Virus record (IMG/VR): IMGVR_UViG_3300021426_003461
Reading direction: 5' to 3' (one strand)
Length of the DNA: 41,846 bases
DNA from: a virus
Both the position numbers and the translations under genes were made by a program. Positions 17,628 to 25,546 of this stretch are shown here, one piece after another; within the stretch, counting starts at the first letter, position 1, and every line of letters starts with the position of its first letter. The notes beneath the pieces were generated by a model, which was given only the letters and a program-made list of their open reading frames with translations, ran no database searches and was not told the origin of the DNA.

Positions 17628-17847
17628 GATGAAAGCTATAGTAAAAGAACCGATTTTTAATAAAAAAGAGGGTAAAACATATATAGAGAATGATCCTATT
17701 GAATTAAGTGATGAAGAATACAGTAAATTATTAGCTAAAAAAGCAATTATGCCAATTAAGGATCAAAACACTAATGAGGAAACATCAAATAATGATGAAC
17801 AACCAATAACAAAAAATAAAAAAGCTAATAAAAAAGAGGAAAATTAA
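17628..17847 (+). CDS. Small hypothetical protein near start of late region
   Basis: KAIVKEPIFNKKEGKTYIENDPIELSDEEYSKLLAKKAIMPI; approximate start. Confidence 0.5.
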
Positions 17848-17848
17848 T

Positions 17849-17992
17849 ATGATAATTATTAAAATTTATTCTATTGTTTATACTTTAATATTTATGGTAG
17901 TATGCTTCTGCAGTGCAATAGAGAAACGAGATAAAATACTAGCATTGATGTTTTTATCGTTTATTCCAATCTTATTATGTTTAATATTCTAA
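17849..17992 (+). CDS. 47-aa two-TM protein
   Basis: MIIIKIYSIVYTLIFMVVCFCSAIEKRDKILALMFLSFIPILLCLIF; GAGGAAAA SD; below ORF-track cut-off. Confidence 0.45.
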   Translation: MIIIKIYSIVYTLIFMVVCFCSAIEKRDKILALMFLSFIPILLCLIF

Positions 17993-18004
17993 GGATGTGA
18001 TTAT

Positions 18005-18337
18005 ATGAAAATAAATATTCTTGGTACAGAATATACAATTATTACAAAAGCTCTAGACAAAGATTATCCGAAATTGTTACAAAGAGACGGATATACTGAT
18101 TTTAGTATCAAGAAAATAGTGGTAGCGAAGTTTGATGAAGATGAGTCATCAATTGAAAATTTAGAATATTATGAGAAAAAGGTAATTAGGCATGAAATAA
18201 TTCATGCTTTTTTATTTGAAAGTGGATTAGCTGAAAACTCAACTGACAGATGGGCAACCAATGAAGAAATGGTTGACTATTTTGCATTTCAAATGCCTAA
18301 ACTTATTGAAACTTTTAAGGAGTTAGATGCTATTTAA
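18005..18337 (+). CDS. Zincin-like phage protein (HExxH)
   Basis: VIRHEIIHAFLFESG. Confidence 0.65.
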   Translation: MKINILGTEYTIITKALDKDYPKLLQRDGYTDFSIKKIVVAKFDEDESSIENLEYYEKKVIRHEIIHAFLFESGLAENSTDRWATNEEMVDYFAFQMPKLIETFKELDAI

Positions 18338-18354
18338 TAGCAAGTGATAAATAA

Positions 18355-18957
18355 ATGCCAAAAAAAGAGCAAAAGAGAGAACAAAAAAAAACTTCTACTA
18401 AAAAAAAGAAGTATGTTAGAAGAGATTGGAAACAATTAGAAAAAGAGTTTCTTTTAGGCGATTATAAATCTCTTACAGCTTTTTTTAAAGAAAAAGGAAT
18501 TTCTAAAAATAAATCTTCAAATAAGATGACTAAAACATGGTTAGAAAAAAAGCAACAAAAAGAAACTTTGAAAACATCCAAAATAGTGGAAAAAGTAATC
18601 GAAAAAGAAGCTAATAAAGAAGCTAATAAAATAGTGAGTACGAAAGATACTGCTACAAAGCTATTAGAAAAGATAAATGAGTCGATGGAAGAACTAAATA
18701 AGTATATTGCAAAGAACACTCGTAAAACAAAAACAATTGAATACAACGTACAAGTTGGAAAACCAAGCAAAGAGATTATAGATGAAACAGAAGAGTTAAG
18801 AGAAGTTATTTCTTTAATAGATAGAGGTGGATTAAAACAACTAACCTCTGCATTAAAAGATGTTAATGATGTATTAAATGGTGGAAATGATCCTAACGCA
18901 AGCAATTCTTTTGCTAAATCCATAGAAGAAGCATGGAGTAAGAGAAATGAACATTGA
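18355..18957 (+). CDS. terS: Terminase small subunit
   Basis: DWKQLEKEFLLGDYKSLTAFFKEKGISKN... HTH-like N-terminus; directly precedes terL. Confidence 0.8.
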   Translation: MPKKEQKREQKKTSTKKKKYVRRDWKQLEKEFLLGDYKSLTAFFKEKGISKNKSSNKMTKTWLEKKQQKETLKTSKIVEKVIEKEANKEANKIVSTKDTATKLLEKINESMEELNKYIAKNTRKTKTIEYNVQVGKPSKEIIDETEELREVISLIDRGGLKQLTSALKDVNDVLNGGNDPNASNSFAKSIEEAWSKRNEH

Positions 18958-20338
18958 TGCTATTTTATATTATGTAGATAGACCTGTAGAATTCGCAGAA
19001 GATATTCTAGGAGTTATTCCTGAAAAATATCAGAAAGAAGTAATGAACGATGTTGCTAAGTATTCAATGACTACAGTTAAAAGTGGTCATGGAGTTGGGA
19101 AAAGTGCATTAGAAAGCTGGATAATATGGTGGTATATAAGTACAAGACCTTATCCAAAAATATTATGTACAGCTCCAACAAAGCATCAATTACATGACAT
19201 TTTATGGGCAGAAGTAAGTAAATGGAGAAGAAATAGCAAAGGTTTAGTTGAAGAGTTTGAATGGACTAGTGAAAAAATATATCTAAAGGGATCACAAGAA
19301 GAATGGTTCGCAATTGCTAGAACAAGTAATAAACCAGATGCATTGCAAGGAACACATGCTGAACACGTTTTAATAATAATAGATGAAGCTTCTGGAGTGC
19401 CTGATATTGTATTTGAACCAGTACTAGGTTCTTTAAGTACTAAAGATGCAAAATTATTGATGTGTGGAAATCCAACTCAATTGAGTGGATTCTTTTATGA
19501 TTCTCATAATAGTAAAGCAAGTATGTATCGTACACATACAATAGATGGATCTAAAAGTGAAAGAGTAGATAAAGAATATGTAAAAACTATCATAGATATG
19601 TTTGGAATAGATTCAGATGTATATAGAGTAAGAGTGGCTGGAGAATTTCCAAAAGCTAATCCAGATAGTTTTATAGGAAGAAATCTAATAAAAATATTAG
19701 ATGCTTTTCCTACACAAGTAAGTAGTATTGATTTAGGTGTAGACGTTGCTAGATTTGGTGATGATGAATCAGTTGTCGCAGAAAGCTATAACAAAAGTAA
19801 AATACCTAAATTACATATATTTAAGCATAATGACACAATGAAACTTACAGGACAGATAGTTAATATAATAAAAGGACTAAACTTGAAATATCCTACTATT
19901 ATTGTAAGAGTAAAAATAGACTGTGATGGTCTAGGTGTTGGAGTATATGACAGACTTAGAGAGGTTATATCAAATACTGCAGGATTGAGAGCAATCGCAG
20001 TTGAATGTCATTTTGGAGCAAAAGGGGGAAAAGTAAATCATAATGAACCTATTGAATATAAAATATCCACAGGAGTTATGTGGGGGAACATAAGAAGCAA
20101 GTTCCTTAATGAACAATTAGAAATAGTAAACGATGAAGAACTAATAAGCCAATTAACTAACAGAAAATATTTCATTGAATCTGATGGAAAAATCGGACTA
20201 GAAAGAAAAGAAGACATGAAAAAAAGAGGAGTTCATTCACCAGATAGAGCTGATGCAGTAGCATTGGCATTATATGAACCAATTAATAAGATGGTTATGA
20301 GTAATAACCAATATATCGATATTCCAGTAAAGAGGTGA
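18947..20338 (+). CDS. terL: Terminase large subunit
   Basis: SGHGVGKSALESW Walker A-like, VLIIIDEASGVPD Walker B-like, nuclease motif GVDVARFGDDESV, HSPDRADAVALAL. Confidence 0.95.
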   Translation: MNIDAILYYVDRPVEFAEDILGVIPEKYQKEVMNDVAKYSMTTVKSGHGVGKSALESWIIWWYISTRPYPKILCTAPTKHQLHDILWAEVSKWRRNSKGLVEEFEWTSEKIYLKGSQEEWFAIARTSNKPDALQGTHAEHVLIIIDEASGVPDIVFEPVLGSLSTKDAKLLMCGNPTQLSGFFYDSHNSKASMYRTHTIDGSKSERVDKEYVKTIIDMFGIDSDVYRVRVAGEFPKANPDSFIGRNLIKILDAFPTQVSSIDLGVDVARFGDDESVVAESYNKSKIPKLHIFKHNDTMKLTGQIVNIIKGLNLKYPTIIVRVKIDCDGLGVGVYDRLREVISNTAGLRAIAVECHFGAKGGKVNHNEPIEYKISTGVMWGNIRSKFLNEQLEIVNDEELISQLTNRKYFIESDGKIGLERKEDMKKRGVHSPDRADAVALALYEPINKMVMSNNQYIDIPVKR

Positions 20339-20342
20339 CAAT

Positions 20343-21011
20343 ATGGAAGAAGAAAAGAAAAACGGAGTGTGGAGAACAATGCCGAGTGGTGCAAGAGTGT
20401 TCTTTGAGAATGGAAAACCTCATAAAAGGAATATAAAAAAGGAATTAAAGAAACAACAAGAAAGACAAAAAGAGAAATATGACAGGATTCAAAGAAAGTT
20501 AAGAAAACAATTTGGTTTAGGTGTAACCACCAAAAACACAGTTGAAAATCATCCACAGCATAAATTATTAGAGCAAATTGATTTAAATGAAGACAATATA
20601 AACAAGGCACTAAATAAGTATGAAAAATTGATAAAAAATGATAAAATAGAAAATGCAATAGTTATTACCAAAGAAGGAAAAGTATATCAGTGCTTTGGAA
20701 ATAAGACTAATGTGTGGCCTGATTATGATCTAAAAGATGAATTAAGAGGTGCAGTAGTCACACACAATCATGTTTCTACAGAAACTAATTATGGTTTTAG
20801 CAAAGCAGATACTAGATTATTTAAAGAATATCAATTATCAAGATTAAGAGGTATTGATGATAAATATACGTATGAATTAAATTCTAACAAAGGGCCTGTT
20901 CTAAATATACCTGAAGACTATCAATTTAAAGAATACGGATATGAACATTTAATGTCTATTCAATATGCTATTGACAATAATATTTATTATATGAGGTGGA
21001 ATAATGAGTGA
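20343..21011 (+). CDS. Head-module protein with JAB/MPN-like or related C-terminal domain
   Basis: AVVTHNHVSTETNYGFSKADTRLFKEYQLSRLRGIDDKYTYEL. Confidence 0.6.
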   Translation: MEEEKKNGVWRTMPSGARVFFENGKPHKRNIKKELKKQQERQKEKYDRIQRKLRKQFGLGVTTKNTVENHPQHKLLEQIDLNEDNINKALNKYEKLIKNDKIENAIVITKEGKVYQCFGNKTNVWPDYDLKDELRGAVVTHNHVSTETNYGFSKADTRLFKEYQLSRLRGIDDKYTYELNSNKGPVLNIPEDYQFKEYGYEHLMSIQYAIDNNIYYMRWNNE

Positions 21012-21180
21012 AGAAGAAAAAAGTGAAATAAGTGCACTTTATACTAAATATGCTAAACAAGGTTTGGTTGATTGTAAGAATATGACACCAGAAGAAGAAA
21101 AAAAATATGTAGAGGAAAAAGAAAAAGAAATATTAAATGAATTAGAAAAAATAAAGAAAAAATATAGCACTCAACAATAG
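21004..21180 (+). CDS. 58-aa hypothetical protein ending KKKYSTQQ
   Basis: ATG overlaps previous stop; just below track cut-off. Confidence 0.55.
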   Translation: MSEEEKSEISALYTKYAKQGLVDCKNMTPEEEKKYVEEKEKEILNELEKIKKKYSTQQ

Positions 21181-21189
21181 AGTGCTTTT
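21166..21189 (+). terminator. Intrinsic terminator AGCACTC-AACAATA-GAGTGCTTTT overlapping stop codon
   Basis: 7-bp perfect stem, short U-tract. Confidence 0.65.
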
Positions 21190-21210
21190 ATTATGTAAGG
21201 ATGTGGAAAA

Positions 21211-22851
21211 GTGTTAAGATTTAGCGAGGATAAGTTAGAAGAAGAAAAGAGCATATCAGCTCTTTTTTCAAGTGTTTCTATGGAATTAGAGGCACGAAAG
21301 AAATTATATGCAGAATTTAGAAGAAAATTAACTGATGAAGAATTGGCTAGTTTAGATGATAACGATATGAAAGTTCCACTACAGAGATATTTATCTGTAA
21401 TGGCAGTTGGATTCTTTGCTGGAAAACCACCAGTATATAAAGTACATGCATATGACGAAGAAATAGATAAATTGAATCAAGATTTATTCGATAAGTCACC
21501 AAATGATGAAGAAAAAGTAAAAGAAATGGAATTCATCATAAAGCATGTTACTGACTATAATGATGATGGAAAAGAGTTCTTTAGTTTAGCATTTGATTAC
21601 TTTGTTAAAAGAGGATGCTATGAAATATTATATAAAAATAGTGACTCAGAAATAGTTTATTCAAAAAGTGATGCACTAGAGACAGTGGCTATTTGGGATT
21701 ATTCTGTTCCAAAGAACTTGATAGGTTTATATAGATTGATAAGAACAACTCTTGCAAATGGAGAGTATCAGCAAATGGTAGAATTAACAACAAAAAGTGG
21801 AAAAAGATACTATATGGATACTCCAGAGAAAAGAAAACTATTCGGAACAGATAAATATGAGGCTCAATTTAAAGATGAACCGTTATTCAAAGAAGATAAG
21901 AAAAAAGCCGAGCCTAACAAGTGGAATGATCTACAAGTTATTGCTTTAGAAAATGAACATGGATTAAACATCTTTGAAAATGTAGATAGTTTAATAAGTG
22001 GATATGAAAGAGTTATACAAAACTCTAGAAATACATTTAAGTATAATGATGAAGCAATTTTAGCAGTTTCTGGTTATACTCCTGAAAATCCAATGACAAT
22101 AGAAAATGAAAAAGGACAAACTATCATAAATCCAGCAAGAAAACTCGAAGATGAATATGTTTTAACTTCTAAAGTAAGATACTTACAAGAAGGTGGAAAA
22201 TTAGAATGGATTTTAAAACAAGTAAATGACAACGCATTACAAAATCATAAGAAAACACTTATGGATCTAATTTGCTTATGTTCATTCATTCCAAATATGA
22301 CAGATTTAGGATTTACACAAGCCGATAATAATTCTGCACTAGAAAAGAAGTTCTTTGCTTTACAGCAATTGATAACGGATGCTGAAAGTGACTTTAAAAT
22401 GGGATTATTAAGAAGATGGGAATTAATATTCAGTAAGTTTAATCAAGACAAAGGAAAAGAGTATGATTTCAGAAATGTTGAAATAACATTACAACGAAAT
22501 ATGCCAAGTGATTCATCAAGCGAAACATCAAGAGCATTATCTCTAAGAGATTTATTAAGTGATGAAACTATTATTGGAATGTTACCTGATGATTTAGATC
22601 CTAAAAACGAAATAGCAAAGAAACAAACTGAATCAGAGGATAATATGCTAAAGAATATAGAAAGAATGAAAGCCTTTAAAGAACAAGGAGCAAATATAGA
22701 TGATGCATCTATTCAAGAACAAACAGGAAAAGATGAAATATCAACGATGAAAGATGATAGAGAAATAGTTAAAGAAGTAAATGCAAAACAACAAGAAAAC
22801 CAAGAAAAAGAGGAAAAAGAAATAAAAGAAGAAGATATAAAGAAAAAGTAG
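21211..22851 (+). CDS. Portal protein (SPP1 gp6-like)
   Basis: Size, position, PLQRYLSVMAVGFFAGKPPVYK and LICLCSFIPNMTDLGF...LRRWELIFSKF motifs. Confidence 0.92.
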   Translation: MLRFSEDKLEEEKSISALFSSVSMELEARKKLYAEFRRKLTDEELASLDDNDMKVPLQRYLSVMAVGFFAGKPPVYKVHAYDEEIDKLNQDLFDKSPNDEEKVKEMEFIIKHVTDYNDDGKEFFSLAFDYFVKRGCYEILYKNSDSEIVYSKSDALETVAIWDYSVPKNLIGLYRLIRTTLANGEYQQMVELTTKSGKRYYMDTPEKRKLFGTDKYEAQFKDEPLFKEDKKKAEPNKWNDLQVIALENEHGLNIFENVDSLISGYERVIQNSRNTFKYNDEAILAVSGYTPENPMTIENEKGQTIINPARKLEDEYVLTSKVRYLQEGGKLEWILKQVNDNALQNHKKTLMDLICLCSFIPNMTDLGFTQADNNSALEKKFFALQQLITDAESDFKMGLLRRWELIFSKFNQDKGKEYDFRNVEITLQRNMPSDSSSETSRALSLRDLLSDETIIGMLPDDLDPKNEIAKKQTESEDNMLKNIERMKAFKEQGANIDDASIQEQTGKDEISTMKDDREIVKEVNAKQQENQEKEEKEIKEEDIKKK

Positions 22852-22859
22852 GTGTTTGA

Positions 22860-24359
22860 ATGGATAACAATAAAATACTTACAGAAAGATGGAAAAATAT
22901 AGATGAATATCTTAAAGAATATCTAAAAAAATATAATAAAGTTGATAAAAAGACAAGAGAAGAACTGCAAGATATGATTGATGGATTAAATATCAATTAT
23001 GATGATTTAAATAAAATAGTTCCTAAAAATAAAAAAACAAGACTAGATAGCAAGATACAAGATGTTATAAGTGATATAAATGAAGATAATTATTTCTTCT
23101 TCTATTTATTTAATATTTTAAATAAAAATGCTATTACATATAGAGAATATATAGAAGCGATAATTTACTTAATGTTTTATAAACAAAGAATGACTCTTGA
23201 TGAATTTGAGAGTTTTTTTATTAAAAAGGTAATAGAAGAATCATATACTGCAGGAATAAGTGATATAAAATCATTAAAGCCACGAAAATCCTTTGTTTTG
23301 TTCACAGATGAAATATTATACCTAATTCTTAATATTCCTCTTATATATGGCACTAGAGAAGACTATATGATGTCTTTAGACTTATTAAATGCACAGGAAT
23401 TGTTAAAGAAAATAATAACATCCATCCAAATTAATGCAACAATAGATTTGTTTAACGGAATGTATGAAGCATTCTTTAATAAATGCAGAAATAAATATAT
23501 TTGCATAAATGAAGATAAATCCAGTGGAGCTATGGAAAATTTGATTGAAACATATGCTAATTTAGGATATATAGAAGCAGGAAAACAAAATGGTGTAAGA
23601 AAATGTCGATTTATAGCTGAAATTGACAAAAGAACAACTAAAATGTGTGAATCATTAAATAATCAAATATTTGATTTAGATAAAGTAAATACATATCAAA
23701 GATACAGTGATTACGATAAAAGAATAGTAACATATACAACTAAAGGATTAGTTGTAGGAGAAAATCTTCCACCAATAAGTAATCACTTTCACTGGTGTAG
23801 ATCTACTATTACTTATTTAATAGATAACGAAAAAGAAGTAGAACACATTAGAGAAAATATAAAGATTGCTAACGATTATGATAGAGAACAATTCTTGCGT
23901 TATAAAAAATACTATGGCGATGAAATAACTGATGATATTGAAGAATTTGCAAAAATGAGATATAATAACCCTGATGAATGGAATCACCTAAAGATTAATT
24001 ACAATGATAGAAAAATAAGATATAAAATCAGAAATAACTTTAATTTAAAGGTTAATGAAAATAAGAATAATAGACATATCGAAAATACAAAGGAATTTCT
24101 ACAGTATACAAAGAAAAATTCTGATATTAGTGTATTAACTATTAATAATGAGGAAGCTCAAAAGGTTATTAATAAATTTGCTGGATTTGGATATAAAAAG
24201 AAAAAAAGAAACGGCTCTTTTGATAATAAAGAAGTGATAAAGGCTGACAGACAAATTGGATATGTTTATGATATCAATGGTGAAAAGGTTTATACAAATA
24301 AAGGAACAATTCATTATTCTAATACAGGTACACATTTGGTACCAACACTAAAGGAGTGA
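22860..24359 (+). CDS. Minor head/MuF (SPP1 gp7-like) protein with C-terminal toxin-type-50-like domain
   Basis: MuF core YANLGYIEAGKQNGVRKCRFIAEIDKRTTKMCESLNNQIFD...PPISNHFHWCRSTITY; C-terminus GTIHYSNTGTHLVPT. Confidence 0.85.
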   Translation: MDNNKILTERWKNIDEYLKEYLKKYNKVDKKTREELQDMIDGLNINYDDLNKIVPKNKKTRLDSKIQDVISDINEDNYFFFYLFNILNKNAITYREYIEAIIYLMFYKQRMTLDEFESFFIKKVIEESYTAGISDIKSLKPRKSFVLFTDEILYLILNIPLIYGTREDYMMSLDLLNAQELLKKIITSIQINATIDLFNGMYEAFFNKCRNKYICINEDKSSGAMENLIETYANLGYIEAGKQNGVRKCRFIAEIDKRTTKMCESLNNQIFDLDKVNTYQRYSDYDKRIVTYTTKGLVVGENLPPISNHFHWCRSTITYLIDNEKEVEHIRENIKIANDYDREQFLRYKKYYGDEITDDIEEFAKMRYNNPDEWNHLKINYNDRKIRYKIRNNFNLKVNENKNNRHIENTKEFLQYTKKNSDISVLTINNEEAQKVINKFAGFGYKKKKRNGSFDNKEVIKADRQIGYVYDINGEKVYTNKGTIHYSNTGTHLVPTLKE

Positions 24360-24364
24360 TATCA

Positions 24365-24571
24365 ATGATTGAAAAACTTAAAAAATTATATGGCAAAAGA
24401 GTAAGAGTTGTAACCAACGATAATTATGTAATTGTTGGTAAATTTAGTGTGTATCAAAGACCAGGAGACAATGAATATGAATGCGATACCATTTGTATAG
24501 AAGATGAACCAAATAGTTTGATAGAAATTAAAGTTAATGAAATAAAAGAAATAGAATTAAGCACTCAATAG
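24365..24571 (+). CDS. Small SH3/LSm-like protein
   Basis: LYGKRVRVVTNDNYVIVGKFSVYQRPGDNEYECDTICIED; ends ELSTQ. Confidence 0.55.
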   Translation: MIEKLKKLYGKRVRVVTNDNYVIVGKFSVYQRPGDNEYECDTICIEDEPNSLIEIKVNEIKEIELSTQ

Positions 24572-24582
24572 AGTGCTTTTTT
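24560..24582 (+). terminator. Intrinsic terminator AGCACTC-AATA-GAGTGCTTTTTT overlapping stop codon
   Basis: 7-bp perfect stem identical to the one at 21166. Confidence 0.8.
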
Positions 24583-24596
24583 ACTGGAGAAATAAC

Positions 24597-24755
24597 ATGA
24601 AAGAAAAAGAAATATATAAGATTATAATGACGGAGCATAGATGCCCTAATTGTAATAGGCTTTTATTTAAAGGAAAGATAAGAGGAGATTACAATATAGA
24701 GACAAAATGCCCAAGATGTAAAAAAATCATTGAATTTAATAGGAAAACAAAGTAG
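24597..24755 (+). CDS. Com-like small zinc-ribbon protein
   Basis: HRCPNCNRLLFKGKIRGDYNIETKCPRCKKIIEFNRKTK; start refined from 24573. Confidence 0.7.
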   Translation: MKEKEIYKIIMTEHRCPNCNRLLFKGKIRGDYNIETKCPRCKKIIEFNRKTK

Positions 24756-24757
24756 GA

Positions 24758-24785
24758 AAGAGGAAACAATCGTTTCCTTTTTGTT
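24758..24785 (+). terminator. Intrinsic terminator AGGAAAC-AATC-GTTTCCTTTTT
   Basis: 7 to 10-bp stem followed by T run. Confidence 0.85.
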
Positions 24786-24808
24786 TTGGAAATCTCATAG
24801 TTTGAACT

Positions 24809-24836
24809 TTGTTATTCTGCTGTATTCAAATATTAA
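24809..24836 (+). promoter_or_regulatory. Candidate promoter TTGTTA-N16-TATTAA for the HNH/tRNA/RNA cassette
   Basis: Weak match to consensus, lies downstream of terminator. Confidence 0.3.
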
Positions 24837-24934
24837 ACTCATATAAGTAGCCAATCCTTTACTTTGTATATATTTGGTGTGAGACGAGTAGTTGATGTGT
24901 GGTTTAGCAACTACATTATATATTGAGGTGACTT

Positions 24935-25324
24935 ATGGAAAAATTAAAAATAGAGATGTTAAAGATATATAAACCAATAAGTAATCTCGATTGGATGAAT
25001 TATAAATTGATTAAAAGCGATGTAACATTCCATCACATAATAAAAAGAGAAGATGGAGGTAGAAGAGATATTGAAAATGGAGCATTGTTAATGCCTGTAG
25101 CACATCAATATCTTCATTTAATCGAGTATAAAGATATAGAAACATATAATGCTATAAATAGAATTTTTAAGTATATTAATCAGCAAAAACAAGAGCCAAC
25201 CTCAGAACAAAGAGAAATTATAGAGTATTTATTAAAACAATTTGAAGAAGCACATAAATGGGATAAAGGATCAAAAGGCAAATTATTAATTAAACATAAA
25301 TATTTAGAAAGAGAAATGCTTTGA
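24935..25324 (+). CDS. Small HNH-like nuclease protein
   Basis: TFHHIIKREDGGRRDIENGALLMPVAHQYLHLIE. Confidence 0.7.
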   Translation: MEKLKIEMLKIYKPISNLDWMNYKLIKSDVTFHHIIKREDGGRRDIENGALLMPVAHQYLHLIEYKDIETYNAINRIFKYINQQKQEPTSEQREIIEYLLKQFEEAHKWDKGSKGKLLIKHKYLEREML

Positions 25325-25391
25325 TAGTTTAAAGGTAGAATCTCGGTCTCCAAAACCGATGGTCTAGGTTCGAGTCCTAGTCGGAGTGCCA
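25318..25391 (+). tRNA. tRNA-Trp (anticodon CCA)
   Basis: Acceptor GCTTTGA/TCGGAGT (with G-U pairs), anticodon arm TCGGT-CTCCAAA-ACCGA, T arm CTAGG-TTCGAGT-CCTAG, encoded CCA. Confidence 0.88.
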
Positions 25392-25392
25392 T

Positions 25393-25466
25393 GTGGAATT
25401 AGTTTAATGGTAGAACAACTGCCTTCCAAGCAGTTAGTGTGAGTTCAATTCTCATATTCCACTCCA
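25393..25466 (+). tRNA. tRNA-Gly (anticodon TCC)
   Basis: Acceptor GTGGAAT/ATTCCAC, anticodon arm ACTGC-CTTCCAA-GCAGT, T arm GTGAG-TTCAATT-CTCAT, encoded CCA. Confidence 0.92.
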
Positions 25467-25469
25467 TAT

Positions 25470-25546
25470 TGCATAGTGGTGGAATTGGTAGACACACAGA
25501 GCTTTGAACTCTGATATTACTAGTTCGAGTCTAGTCTATGCAACCA
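25470..25546 (+). tRNA. tRNA-Gln (anticodon TTG)
   Basis: Acceptor TGCATAG/CTATGCA, anticodon arm CAGAG-CTTTGAA-CTCTG, T arm ACTAG-TTCGAGT-CTAGT, encoded CCA. Confidence 0.9.

Noticed and set aside
25318-25391. Phage using TGA as Trp (recoding)
   Set aside because: Phage tRNA-Trp has anticodon CCA, TGG is used throughout, and TGA occurs as a normal stop in many genes.
25180-25392. Minus-strand ORF reading through tRNA-Trp (MALRLGLEPRPSVLETEILPLNYQ)
   Set aside because: Classic spurious translation of the tRNA antisense strand (LGLEPRP) and overlaps the HNH-like gene.
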